Positions 1 through 7,709 of a DNA stretch of 32,000 bases are shown here, one piece after another. The notes beneath the pieces are model-generated. The model did not search any database, had not been told where the DNA came from, and was given only the letters and a program-made list of their open reading frames with translations. The DNA comes from Nitrosopumilus maritimus SCM1 (GTDB lineage Archaea; Thermoproteota; Nitrososphaeria; Nitrososphaerales; Nitrosopumilaceae): the NCBI RefSeq assembly GCF_000018465.1, contig NC_010085.1, positions 1,613,260 through 1,645,259 of the forward strand, written 5' to 3'. The stretch's first letter is position 1. The number at the start of each line of letters is the position of its first letter. A program made the translations under genes and the position numbers.

Positions 1-802
1 ACACCCATTACGGGCACTCAAAAAAGCTGCAAATAAAATTGCAGATGGGAATTTTGAGGTTAGGACCAATATCAAAACAAGAGATGAGATCGCAGATTTA
101 TCTAATGCATTTGATTTGATGGCACAAAAATTACAAGAATCATTAATTGAAATTAAACAAAAGGACGAAGTCATCAAACAGCTTGAAGGAGACATGTTGT
201 TAAAGTTCTCACAACATGAAGAGAATGATTGTGTAGGAGTAATTGACATGGCAGACTCTACTAGAATATCATCAAAATTATCTGATCAAGATATTTCAAA
301 ACTATATGAAATATTTTTGAATTTTATGGCAAAGATTGTTCTTAGACATAAAGGAGAAGTCATAAAAAATATTGGAGATGCATTGATGTTCAGATTTGCA
401 AATGTGGATACCAGTAATGATGAAGAATTAAAAAATATTTTAGAATGTTGTTTAGATATGACTGAATCTCACGGTAAATTAGATGAGGAGCTCAAGAAAG
501 CAAATTTGCCTAGTTTAGATTATAAAATAAGTTTAACATACGGTCCTGTAAAAGTAGCTGAAAGTACTACTTCAAAAATTAGTGATGTTTTTGGTCCTAC
601 CGTAAATAGATGTTTTAAAATCAATTCACTTTGTCCTAAAAATAGTATAGTTGTCGGTGAAAATGTTCATAATATTTTCAGAGATTTTTCAGAATACGAA
701 TTTACAGAATTATGTATAATTGAATTAAAACAAAAATATGGTTACAATATTTTTGAAGTTAGAAGAAAAGGACTCGATGGTTTCGGGTCAAAATCTGATT
801 AA
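1..802 (+). CDS. HAMP-linker / class III nucleotidyl (adenylate/guanylate) cyclase-domain signalling protein, 5' end outside the window
   Basis: Frame 2 is open from base 2. Bases 2-115 translate to HPLRALKKAANKIADGNFEVRTNIKTRDEIADLSNAFDLM, which is HAMP-like, and run in frame into ORF 116-802. That ORF carries cyclase-type motifs VIDMADST, KNIGDALMFRF and GPTVNRCFKI. Confidence 0.7.
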   Translation, partial: HPLRALKKAANKIADGNFEVRTNIKTRDEIADLSNAFDLMAQKLQESLIEIKQKDEVIKQLEGDMLLKFSQHEENDCVGVIDMADSTRISSKLSDQDISKLYEIFLNFMAKIVLRHKGEVIKNIGDALMFRFANVDTSNDEELKNILECCLDMTESHGKLDEELKKANLPSLDYKISLTYGPVKVAESTTSKISDVFGPTVNRCFKINSLCPKNSIVVGENVHNIFRDFSEYEFTELCIIELKQKYGYNIFEVRRKGLDGFGSKSD

Positions 803-1953
803 TTTTTAGAAAAACCAAATCTAGATGCCCATCCTGATTTTTGTTTCTTTGTTGGTTTTTTTGATAGATTGTTAAGCATGTCATATGTGATTGTAAATCC
901 ATGGCCAACCATGGTTGCATCATTTGTATAATTCTCCTTGTTAGGAACAAATTCGTCTGCCAAATCTTTGATTTTCTTTGTTTTTAGATCAAATAATCTT
1001 ATTTTCTTACCATTCTCTAATTCAATTTTAGCATCACCACTCAATCCTTGTATTGAGAAATTTTCAAAGAATCGAATTGAGCCTCCTTCTTTTAGTTTGA
1101 TTACAGAATCATAGGTAAGTTTTCCTCCATAAAATAAGACCTCGCGTGCAGAAATTCTCACATCATCTTCCACATTTAGCACAATAACAGTATCAGCATC
1201 TAATGATACAGTATTGACTACATTTTCAGCAATAATTTTTCCATTTGGAGCAGAAATACTAGTTCTATGCTCTAGAATTTTATAGACGCCAACTTTACCA
1301 TCAGGATCTTCAACTCTGAATTTTCTGCCAAAAATATTTCCCACAACAACATTTCCGTTATCTACAGTAATTTGTGCCCCATTTTCAATTTTGTATTTAT
1401 TTTCCACAGGATCAAAAAATTTGAAGTCTCCTTTTGTTAGATGAATGTTTGTTTGAAATTCTCTAGTCCATGACGGACTAGTGATACTTCCTTGCATAGT
1501 AATTGGACCGTCATAAGTTAAACTTCCTGCCATGAAATTTCCTTTAATAGACAAAGCACCATTAGCTTTTCTTTCTAATTCAATTTCACCAAGAGTTTTT
1601 GAACCAAATAATCTAGTTCCAGTAGAATTTGCTCTGTTGTGTGCAGCAGCCCATTCTTCGGCTGTTTTCATTTCTTTAGATAGTTGTTGACCCAAAATCT
1701 GATTTTTTCTTCTTACATCAGCTTCAGATTCATCAGAATAAACTCTAGAGTTTTTTATTTTTTCAATATCTGTTTCGGGATATTTTTTTCCAATTTTTAG
1801 ATCTTCATATGCTTGTTTAATTTTTATGAATTGTTCATTTTCTCCACCACGATCAGAGTGATATTGAAGAGCTAATCTTCTAAATGCATCACGGATCTCT
1901 TTTTCAGTAGTCCCTTCAACAATTCCTAGGATATCATAATTACTTTCAACCAT
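799..1953 (-). CDS. J-domain (DnaJ-like) protein with a non-canonical HSD motif and a Gly/Asn/Val-rich beta-strand-repeat C-terminal domain
   Basis: 384-aa ORF with an ATG start. The N-terminus YDILGI..EIRDAFRRLALQYHSDRGG..IKQAYEDL is a J domain. The C-terminal ~240 aa resemble no DnaJ Zn-finger or CTD. The 3' end overlaps the cyclase gene by 4 nt in convergent orientation. Confidence 0.8.
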   Translation of the reverse strand: MVESNYDILGIVEGTTEKEIRDAFRRLALQYHSDRGGENEQFIKIKQAYEDLKIGKKYPETDIEKIKNSRVYSDESEADVRRKNQILGQQLSKEMKTAEEWAAAHNRANSTGTRLFGSKTLGEIELERKANGALSIKGNFMAGSLTYDGPITMQGSITSPSWTREFQTNIHLTKGDFKFFDPVENKYKIENGAQITVDNGNVVVGNIFGRKFRVEDPDGKVGVYKILEHRTSISAPNGKIIAENVVNTVSLDADTVIVLNVEDDVRISAREVLFYGGKLTYDSVIKLKEGGSIRFFENFSIQGLSGDAKIELENGKKIRLFDLKTKKIKDLADEFVPNKENYTNDATMVGHGFTITYDMLNNLSKKPTKKQKSGWASRFGFSKN

Positions 1954-2052
1954 GTCTGATAGTCCCCGAATAATTTTTCATAATTCCTATACTTGTAGGT
2001 TATCACATTTAGAGAATATCAAGGGTTTGAAAAGAAAAATTAGAAAGATGTA

Positions 2053-2475
2053 CTATTTGACAACTAGTACAGGTATCTTGGTTTTGTGCATGACATAGTT
2101 TGATGTGCTTCCAAGAAATGCTTCTTTGGCGCCACCCATGCCTCTTGCACCAATTACGATCATGTCAAATTTACCTTTTTTAGCATATTTGACAATTTCA
2201 GAGCCGGTGTGACCACCACCTGTTTGATACTTGAATTTGGCGCCAGCTTTTTGGGCTTTTTGCATTGCAGGACCAATTGCTTTTACAGCCTTTTTCTGGG
2301 CGTCATCTTTCATCTTTTGTGTATATTTTATTCCTGCTGCAATAGGTAAATGAAATACGTAAAAGCCGGTAATTTCAGCACCGCTACCTTTTGCAATTTC
2401 AATTGCTCTATCTAGACCACGTGTAGCATTTGCTGAGCCATCAAGTGGAACAAGAATTTTTGAGAATTTTCCCAT
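2053..2475 (-). CDS. universal stress protein (UspA family)
   Basis: The ORF track gives 2053-2481, but that first codon is TTG. The ATG at 2475 gives MGKFSKILVPLDGS, a typical Usp N-terminus. The C-terminal G-x2-G-x9-G(S/T)-like ATP motif GARGMGG..FLGSTS and PVLVV are present. Confidence 0.85.
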   Translation of the reverse strand: MGKFSKILVPLDGSANATRGLDRAIEIAKGSGAEITGFYVFHLPIAAGIKYTQKMKDDAQKKAVKAIGPAMQKAQKAGAKFKYQTGGGHTGSEIVKYAKKGKFDMIVIGARGMGGAKEAFLGSTSNYVMHKTKIPVLVVK

Positions 2476-2583
2476 AATCAAAAAATAAAATTATTCAATA
2501 TAAGAAACAGAGGCGATTTTCAGTATTGAAAATTATGTTATAGGATATAGGTTAAATTTTTGAATTTAGTAAGAAAACAACAA

Positions 2584-3879
2584 ATGTCAGAATTAGATCG
2601 TCACATGGGACTTTTTCATCTTACCATGTATGGTGTCGGATTAATTTTGGGTGCAGGAATTTATGTATTAATTGGAGAAGCTGCTGAATTTGCAGGAAAT
2701 TCAATGTGGATTTCTTTTTTGATGGCTGCAATAGTTGCTATGTTTGCAGGATTAAGTTATGCTGAATTATCTGCATTATACCCAAAAGCAGCAGCAGAAT
2801 ACACTTTTGTAAAGAATGCATTTAAGAATAATTTTTTTGGTTTTATTATAGGATGGCTAACAGCCATTACAGGGGTCATAGTTGCAGCAACAGTTTCACT
2901 AGGATTCGGAGGGTACCTTACTCAGTTTATTGATTTACCAATTACAATTAGTGCTGTTTTTCTCATTATTATTTTATCTATTGTTAATTTTATCGGAATA
3001 AGAGAATCTGCTTGGGCAAATACCATTTTTGCATTAATTACTGCAGCAGGACTTGTTCTCATTATTTTTCTTGGTTTTTCAATGGAACCAATTGAACCGA
3101 TTGATTATTTTGAAGCACCAACCGGAATGACTGGCATAATTCTAGCATTTGTGTTAATTTTCTTTGCCTTTATTGGATTTGAAGATATGGCAAATGTTGC
3201 TGAAGAAGTTAGAAAACCAAAGAAAACAATTCCAAGAGCAATAATTTTGTCCATAGTGATAACTGGGATAATTTACATCCTAGTTTCGTTAGCATCAATT
3301 CGAATTCTGAATTGGGAGAATTTAGCTTTATCTTCAGCACCTTTAGCAGATGTTGCACATTCCGCAATAGGCGTGAACGGGAGTATCACACTTTCATTAA
3401 TTGCGCTTTTTGCTACGGCAAGTACTGTTCTAATTACACTAGTTGCAAATGCTAGAATTCTTTACGGTATGGCAAAGAGCAATTCTCTTCCTAAATTTTT
3501 GTGCAAAGTTCATCCAAAAACTAAAACTCCATGGCTAGCTGTTATTGGAACTTTAGTGGCGTCAGTAGGTTTTGCCTTTGTTGGAGATATAGTAGTTATT
3601 GCAAATATCGTCGTTTTTGCAGTAGTAATTACTTTTGCAGCAATTAACTTGGCAGTGATTGTTCTGCGATATACAGAACCAGTTTTAGAAAGACCATTTA
3701 GAGTTCCAGTAAATGTTGGAAAATTTCCAGTTCTACCATTGTTTGGATTTGGTACAACGATTTACATGGCATTACAGTTTGAAGTTGAAGTAATTCTTGT
3801 TGGATTAGTAATAATTGCAATTGGTTCTGTTTTGTATGTGATTTTAAAGAGAAGAAAAGATTTTATGAATTCTGATTAA
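2584..3879 (+). CDS. APC-superfamily amino acid/polyamine permease
   Basis: The ORF is polytopic and hydrophobic throughout, consistent with about 12 TM helices. The N-terminal helix MYGVGLILGAGIYVLIGEAA is typical of APC transporters. ATG 2584 is preferred over the upstream TTG at 2560 used by the ORF track. Confidence 0.85.
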   Translation: MSELDRHMGLFHLTMYGVGLILGAGIYVLIGEAAEFAGNSMWISFLMAAIVAMFAGLSYAELSALYPKAAAEYTFVKNAFKNNFFGFIIGWLTAITGVIVAATVSLGFGGYLTQFIDLPITISAVFLIIILSIVNFIGIRESAWANTIFALITAAGLVLIIFLGFSMEPIEPIDYFEAPTGMTGIILAFVLIFFAFIGFEDMANVAEEVRKPKKTIPRAIILSIVITGIIYILVSLASIRILNWENLALSSAPLADVAHSAIGVNGSITLSLIALFATASTVLITLVANARILYGMAKSNSLPKFLCKVHPKTKTPWLAVIGTLVASVGFAFVGDIVVIANIVVFAVVITFAAINLAVIVLRYTEPVLERPFRVPVNVGKFPVLPLFGFGTTIYMALQFEVEVILVGLVIIAIGSVLYVILKRRKDFMNSD

Positions 3880-4532
3880 TTCTTTTTAGATTTTGCAAGT
3901 GCGACAATTGCAATTGCTATACCTATTAGTCCAAAACCTATTCCTGCATAACCCATATCCATTTGTTGTGGAGTTTCTTCTAGGTTATTGACAGAATCTT
4001 TCAGATCACTAATGTCTTCGATTAATGCAGTGTGTCCATCAATCATTTGTTGTACAGTAATATCAGATGGTTCAGGGAACTCAATGTATGCTCGTTCTGC
4101 AACTTTTGGGGGATGCATTGATAAACTAATTGGAGTATCTTCAATTGTTCCCAACATATTTGCTTGATAAAATCCAGATACGGTTGGATTTACAAATGCA
4201 TAGTATTTTCCAGGAATGTTGTGATCAGGAGATAGTGGGAGTGTTATACTTTCATCTTTGTAAATTAATTGCATTTTTACTGTTTTTTTCAAACCTTCAA
4301 CTCCATTTTGAAATTCTTGTGATTCAGCACATTTGATTGGATCTGTAATTTCAGGACATGGATCCATAGGACTAACATAGAATTCAATAGCATTTGTTTC
4401 TCCTGAGACAACTGGTTCATTCATCCAACCAATCTCTACCCTATATTCCCCAACAGCATCAACAGTATGTCCATATGCAATACCAATTGAGCCTGGAATA
4501 ATTAGCAAGAGAAGCAATATGCTTAGTTTCAT
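3876..4532 (-). CDS. secreted, C-terminally membrane-anchored protein of unknown function (candidate N-terminal-His metal-binding domain)
   Basis: Signal peptide MKLSILLLLLIIPGSIGIAYG is followed directly by His. Then come a ~170-aa soluble domain with a Cys pair (CPEITDPIKC), an acidic linker, and the TM helix GIGFGLIGIAIAIVALA followed by KSKKN. Confidence 0.6.
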   Translation of the reverse strand: MKLSILLLLLIIPGSIGIAYGHTVDAVGEYRVEIGWMNEPVVSGETNAIEFYVSPMDPCPEITDPIKCAESQEFQNGVEGLKKTVKMQLIYKDESITLPLSPDHNIPGKYYAFVNPTVSGFYQANMLGTIEDTPISLSMHPPKVAERAYIEFPEPSDITVQQMIDGHTALIEDISDLKDSVNNLEETPQQMDMGYAGIGFGLIGIAIAIVALAKSKKN

Positions 4533-4603
4533 AATAAAAAAAATCTATGATTGATTTTAAAAATGTTCTATGTTAATTGGAAAGAATTTGAGCTTTGTAC
4601 CAA

Positions 4604-6049
4604 TTATGCATCAGCATACATTGAAACTTCCCAAGCTGTTGGAGTTTGAGCAAATGCAACATATTCCTTGTATTTTAATTCAGAATACACATTAAGGAAA
4701 TCTTTGGTAAAAACTTCTTCAAGGAATTTTGAATCAGATCCCAAAGAATCAAGAGCACCTTTCAAAGATACAGGTAATGAACCAATTTTGTATTCTCGTT
4801 TCTTTTCTGCAGAAAGTTTGTAGACATTTTCTTCAATTGGATCACCAGGATCAATTTTGTTTTTAATTCCATCTAAGCCTGCAAGTAATAATGCAGCTTC
4901 TAAGAGATAGATGTTTGCAGTAGGATCAGGAACTCTGTATTCTAGTCTCTTACTTTTTTCTTGATTTCTATTATACATTGGAACTCTTATTGCAGCAGAT
5001 CTGTTTGCCAATCCCCAACAAACATTGACAGGTGCCTCAAAGCCAGGAACAAGACGCTTATAGGAATTGGTGGTCGGATTGGAAATTGCACATAATGCTG
5101 ATGCGTGACTTAAGATTCCACCAATATAGTATCGTCCGGTTTGACTCATTTGTGCAAGTTCATCATTTTCATCATACATTGCATTTGAATCTCCATTCCA
5201 CAAGCTTTGATGAGTATGCATTGCTGATGCATTATCACCAAAAATTGGTTTTGGCATAAATGTTGCAACTTTATTTTTTCGTTTAGCTTTAACTTTAACT
5301 AAATTTTTTACTCCAATAACATTATCAGCCATTTGTATCATTTCATCATATACAAGATTAATTTCACATTGACCAGAAGTTGCTACTTCATGATGTTCAG
5401 CTTCAATTTTGATGCCAAAGTGGTTGTATAGATCATCACAAACATCTTTTCTAAATCCTTCAAGTGTATCTTTAGGTTGAGATGGATAATATCCTTCTTT
5501 GATGTCTATTGCAGTACTTACATTTCCTTTAGCCCAAGGTGATTCCTTAGATTCAATTGAATAGCCTGAACCACCGTACGAATGTGTTGCTGCATATGGA
5601 GATGGATAAACATTGATAGTATCAAATACAAAAAACTCTATTTCAGGTCCCCAATTGGTATGAGTAAATCCAAATTCGCCTAGTTTCTTTGATGCTTTAT
5701 GTGCAATACCTCTTGAATCTCTATTGTATCTTGAGCTTTCATCTGTGCTACCATCATACAAATCACAAAATATTCTGGCATTTGTTCTATGTCCAGGATC
5801 ATAATCAGATGGAAGAATTTTAAATGAATTTGGATCAGGCATTAAAATCATATCAGAATTATTTACTGACTTGAATCCAACGATTGAACTTGCATCTAGT
5901 TTTTCAAGACCATTAACAAAACTATTTTTATCAATTGCATAGCTTGGCATTCCAACATTATGTAATTCACCAAAGATGTCTACAAACCAAAAATCAATAA
6001 ATGCAATTTTTTCATCTTGTATAGTCTGTAATACTTGATCTGCGTTCAA
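4604..6049 (-). CDS. glnA: glutamine synthetase type I family, divergent paralog 1
   Basis: Motifs HHEVATSGQCEINLVYD, MPKPIFGDNASAMHTHQSLW, NPTTNSYKRLVPGFEAP and RLEYRVPDPTANIYL are present. The only available start in the open frame is TTG at 6049, with a stop three codons upstream. Confidence 0.9.
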   Translation of the reverse strand: MNADQVLQTIQDEKIAFIDFWFVDIFGELHNVGMPSYAIDKNSFVNGLEKLDASSIVGFKSVNNSDMILMPDPNSFKILPSDYDPGHRTNARIFCDLYDGSTDESSRYNRDSRGIAHKASKKLGEFGFTHTNWGPEIEFFVFDTINVYPSPYAATHSYGGSGYSIESKESPWAKGNVSTAIDIKEGYYPSQPKDTLEGFRKDVCDDLYNHFGIKIEAEHHEVATSGQCEINLVYDEMIQMADNVIGVKNLVKVKAKRKNKVATFMPKPIFGDNASAMHTHQSLWNGDSNAMYDENDELAQMSQTGRYYIGGILSHASALCAISNPTTNSYKRLVPGFEAPVNVCWGLANRSAAIRVPMYNRNQEKSKRLEYRVPDPTANIYLLEAALLLAGLDGIKNKIDPGDPIEENVYKLSAEKKREYKIGSLPVSLKGALDSLGSDSKFLEEVFTKDFLNVYSELKYKEYVAFAQTPTAWEVSMYADA

Positions 6050-6136
6050 TTGATATTTTTAGAAAATCAATTTACTAATGTTATCATGTAAGATAGATTT
6101 GTCAAGATGGTCAGGTAAATTAAAAAAATTTCAGAA

Positions 6137-7483
6137 TTAACTGGTTTTTGATGCTTTTATGGCATCTAATTCATCTTCAAAGAAGAATTTATCACCAAAT
6201 GCAGGTTTTAGATCATCTAACCAAATTGCATTTTCATCATATTTTGCAAAAAATGGTTCTTTAATCCAATTTGGATTTCTACCTTGCAAAAATCTCAAAA
6301 TTAGTAATTTTTCACCATTAATTTGTGTGGTTCCTACAACTTGGACTTTTCCTGGTGTTGCAGACATACTTGGTCCACGAACAGTTCTACCTAATCCACT
6401 AACAGTTGAGTAAGCCTGACTAAAGATTTCATATGCTTTGACTAAAGGCACACCAAAGTAATGTTGAGCTCCAGTATCTCTTACAACAAACATGTAGTAG
6501 GGGATACAACCAAGTTGAACTTGTTTTGTCCACATATTTGCCCACATTTCTGCATCATCATTGATATGAGCTAAAAGTGGAGATTGAGTTCTAATCTGGG
6601 CACCAGTTTTCCTTACTTCTTTGATTGCTGATTTTACAGCATTGGTAGATAATTCGTTTAGATGATTAAAATGTGCCATGAATGCAAGATGCAGACCACT
6701 GTCAGTGATCTTTTGGAAAACTTGTAACATTTCTTGGGAATCTGAATCAGTCAAAAATTTGTATGGCCAATAGGAGAGAGCTTTTGTTCCAATTCTAATA
6801 GTTTTGAGATTTGGTAATTTTGCTTCAATTAATGCATCAACATATTTTGAAAACATTTTTGCTTTCATTATCATTGGATCACCACCAGTGAAAAGAACAT
6901 CAGAAATTTCAGGGTGTTCTGAAACATATTGAACAAGTTGTTCTCCCTCTTGCATTGCAAATTTCATTTCATCCATTCCCACAAACTGTGGCCATCGGAA
7001 ACAAAAACTACAGTATGCATGGCAAGTTTGACTTTGACTTGGAAAGAATAAACAAGTCTCTTTGTATTTGTGTTGCATTCCATACAATTTTGTGCCATCT
7101 TTTAGAGTTGGAACATTTAGTTCCATCTGTCCAGCTGGATGAGGATTAAGTTGTAAGCGAATTTCATTTGCAACATTTGCTATTTCTTTTTTATCTGAAG
7201 TATTTTTTAGAGTATTTTCCATTTTTGCATAATGTTCTGGTTTTAACATTCCTCTCTGAGGAAATGTCAATACATACATTGGATCGTTTGGAATATCATT
7301 CCAATTAATTAATTGTTCAACAACATAGTTATTTGCCTTGAATGGTAAAACATTTCCCACAACTTCCATTTCAAATTGTTTTTCTTCAGAAATATTCTGA
7401 ATTTGTGGAAGATCGCGAAAATTTGATAATGTATATGATTTTAGCGAAGGGGAATCATCCCAAACTGATTCTTGATAGGTCAT
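6137..7483 (-). CDS. KamA-family radical-SAM/PLP aminomutase (lysine or glutamate 2,3-aminomutase-like)
   Basis: CHAYCSFCFRW is a CxxxCxxC 4Fe-4S/SAM motif. FTGGDPM, IRIGTK, SPLLAHINDD, IPYYMFVVRD and TPGK (the position of the PLP lysine in KamA enzymes) are also present. It has the same orientation as the GS paralog, 87 bp upstream of it. Confidence 0.85.
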   Translation of the reverse strand: MTYQESVWDDSPSLKSYTLSNFRDLPQIQNISEEKQFEMEVVGNVLPFKANNYVVEQLINWNDIPNDPMYVLTFPQRGMLKPEHYAKMENTLKNTSDKKEIANVANEIRLQLNPHPAGQMELNVPTLKDGTKLYGMQHKYKETCLFFPSQSQTCHAYCSFCFRWPQFVGMDEMKFAMQEGEQLVQYVSEHPEISDVLFTGGDPMIMKAKMFSKYVDALIEAKLPNLKTIRIGTKALSYWPYKFLTDSDSQEMLQVFQKITDSGLHLAFMAHFNHLNELSTNAVKSAIKEVRKTGAQIRTQSPLLAHINDDAEMWANMWTKQVQLGCIPYYMFVVRDTGAQHYFGVPLVKAYEIFSQAYSTVSGLGRTVRGPSMSATPGKVQVVGTTQINGEKLLILRFLQGRNPNWIKEPFFAKYDENAIWLDDLKPAFGDKFFFEDELDAIKASKTS

Positions 7484-7709
7484 TTAGTAAATAGTATGTT
7501 CACCCTTGTTAAAGGTTACAGGCTCAATACTATTAATTTTCTATAAATAATGATAATATGCCTTAACGTTTTATTCAAGAATATGAATTGGAGTAAAATG
7601 GTGACTAAATCTGGCTGAAGAAGACTTAACACAAATCTCTGTTGGTGAATTTGAAACAGTTTCTCAGTTATTAGCATCTTCGGAGTCACTTCAAATTGCA
7701 TTTACAATA

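Noticed and set aside
2516-2533. A 7-bp inverted repeat, ATTTTCA-gtat-TGAAAAT, in the usp/permease divergent promoter region, considered as a candidate operator.
   Set aside because: At this A+T content, dozens of 7-bp inverted repeats with short spacers are expected by chance in 32 kb. There is no second copy or other support.
7516-7701. A 61-aa minus-strand ORF, and a possible C/D-box sRNA (ATGATAA ... CTGA), in the kamA-mscS divergent spacer.
   Set aside because: The ORF is low-complexity with no start context. The C box deviates from RUGAUGA, there are no D'/C' boxes at the proper spacing, and there is no terminal stem.
7605-7709. An in-frame open stretch of 35 codons upstream of the MscS ATG (…AEEDLTQISVGEFETVSQLLASSESLQIAFT) and an out-of-frame ATG at 7598. 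Together these suggest a longer N-terminus or a frameshift.
   Set aside because: There is no ATG, GTG or TTG in frame within the stretch. The chance of 35 stop-free codons at this composition is not negligible (roughly several percent). There is no slippery sequence. ATG 7710 was kept as the start.
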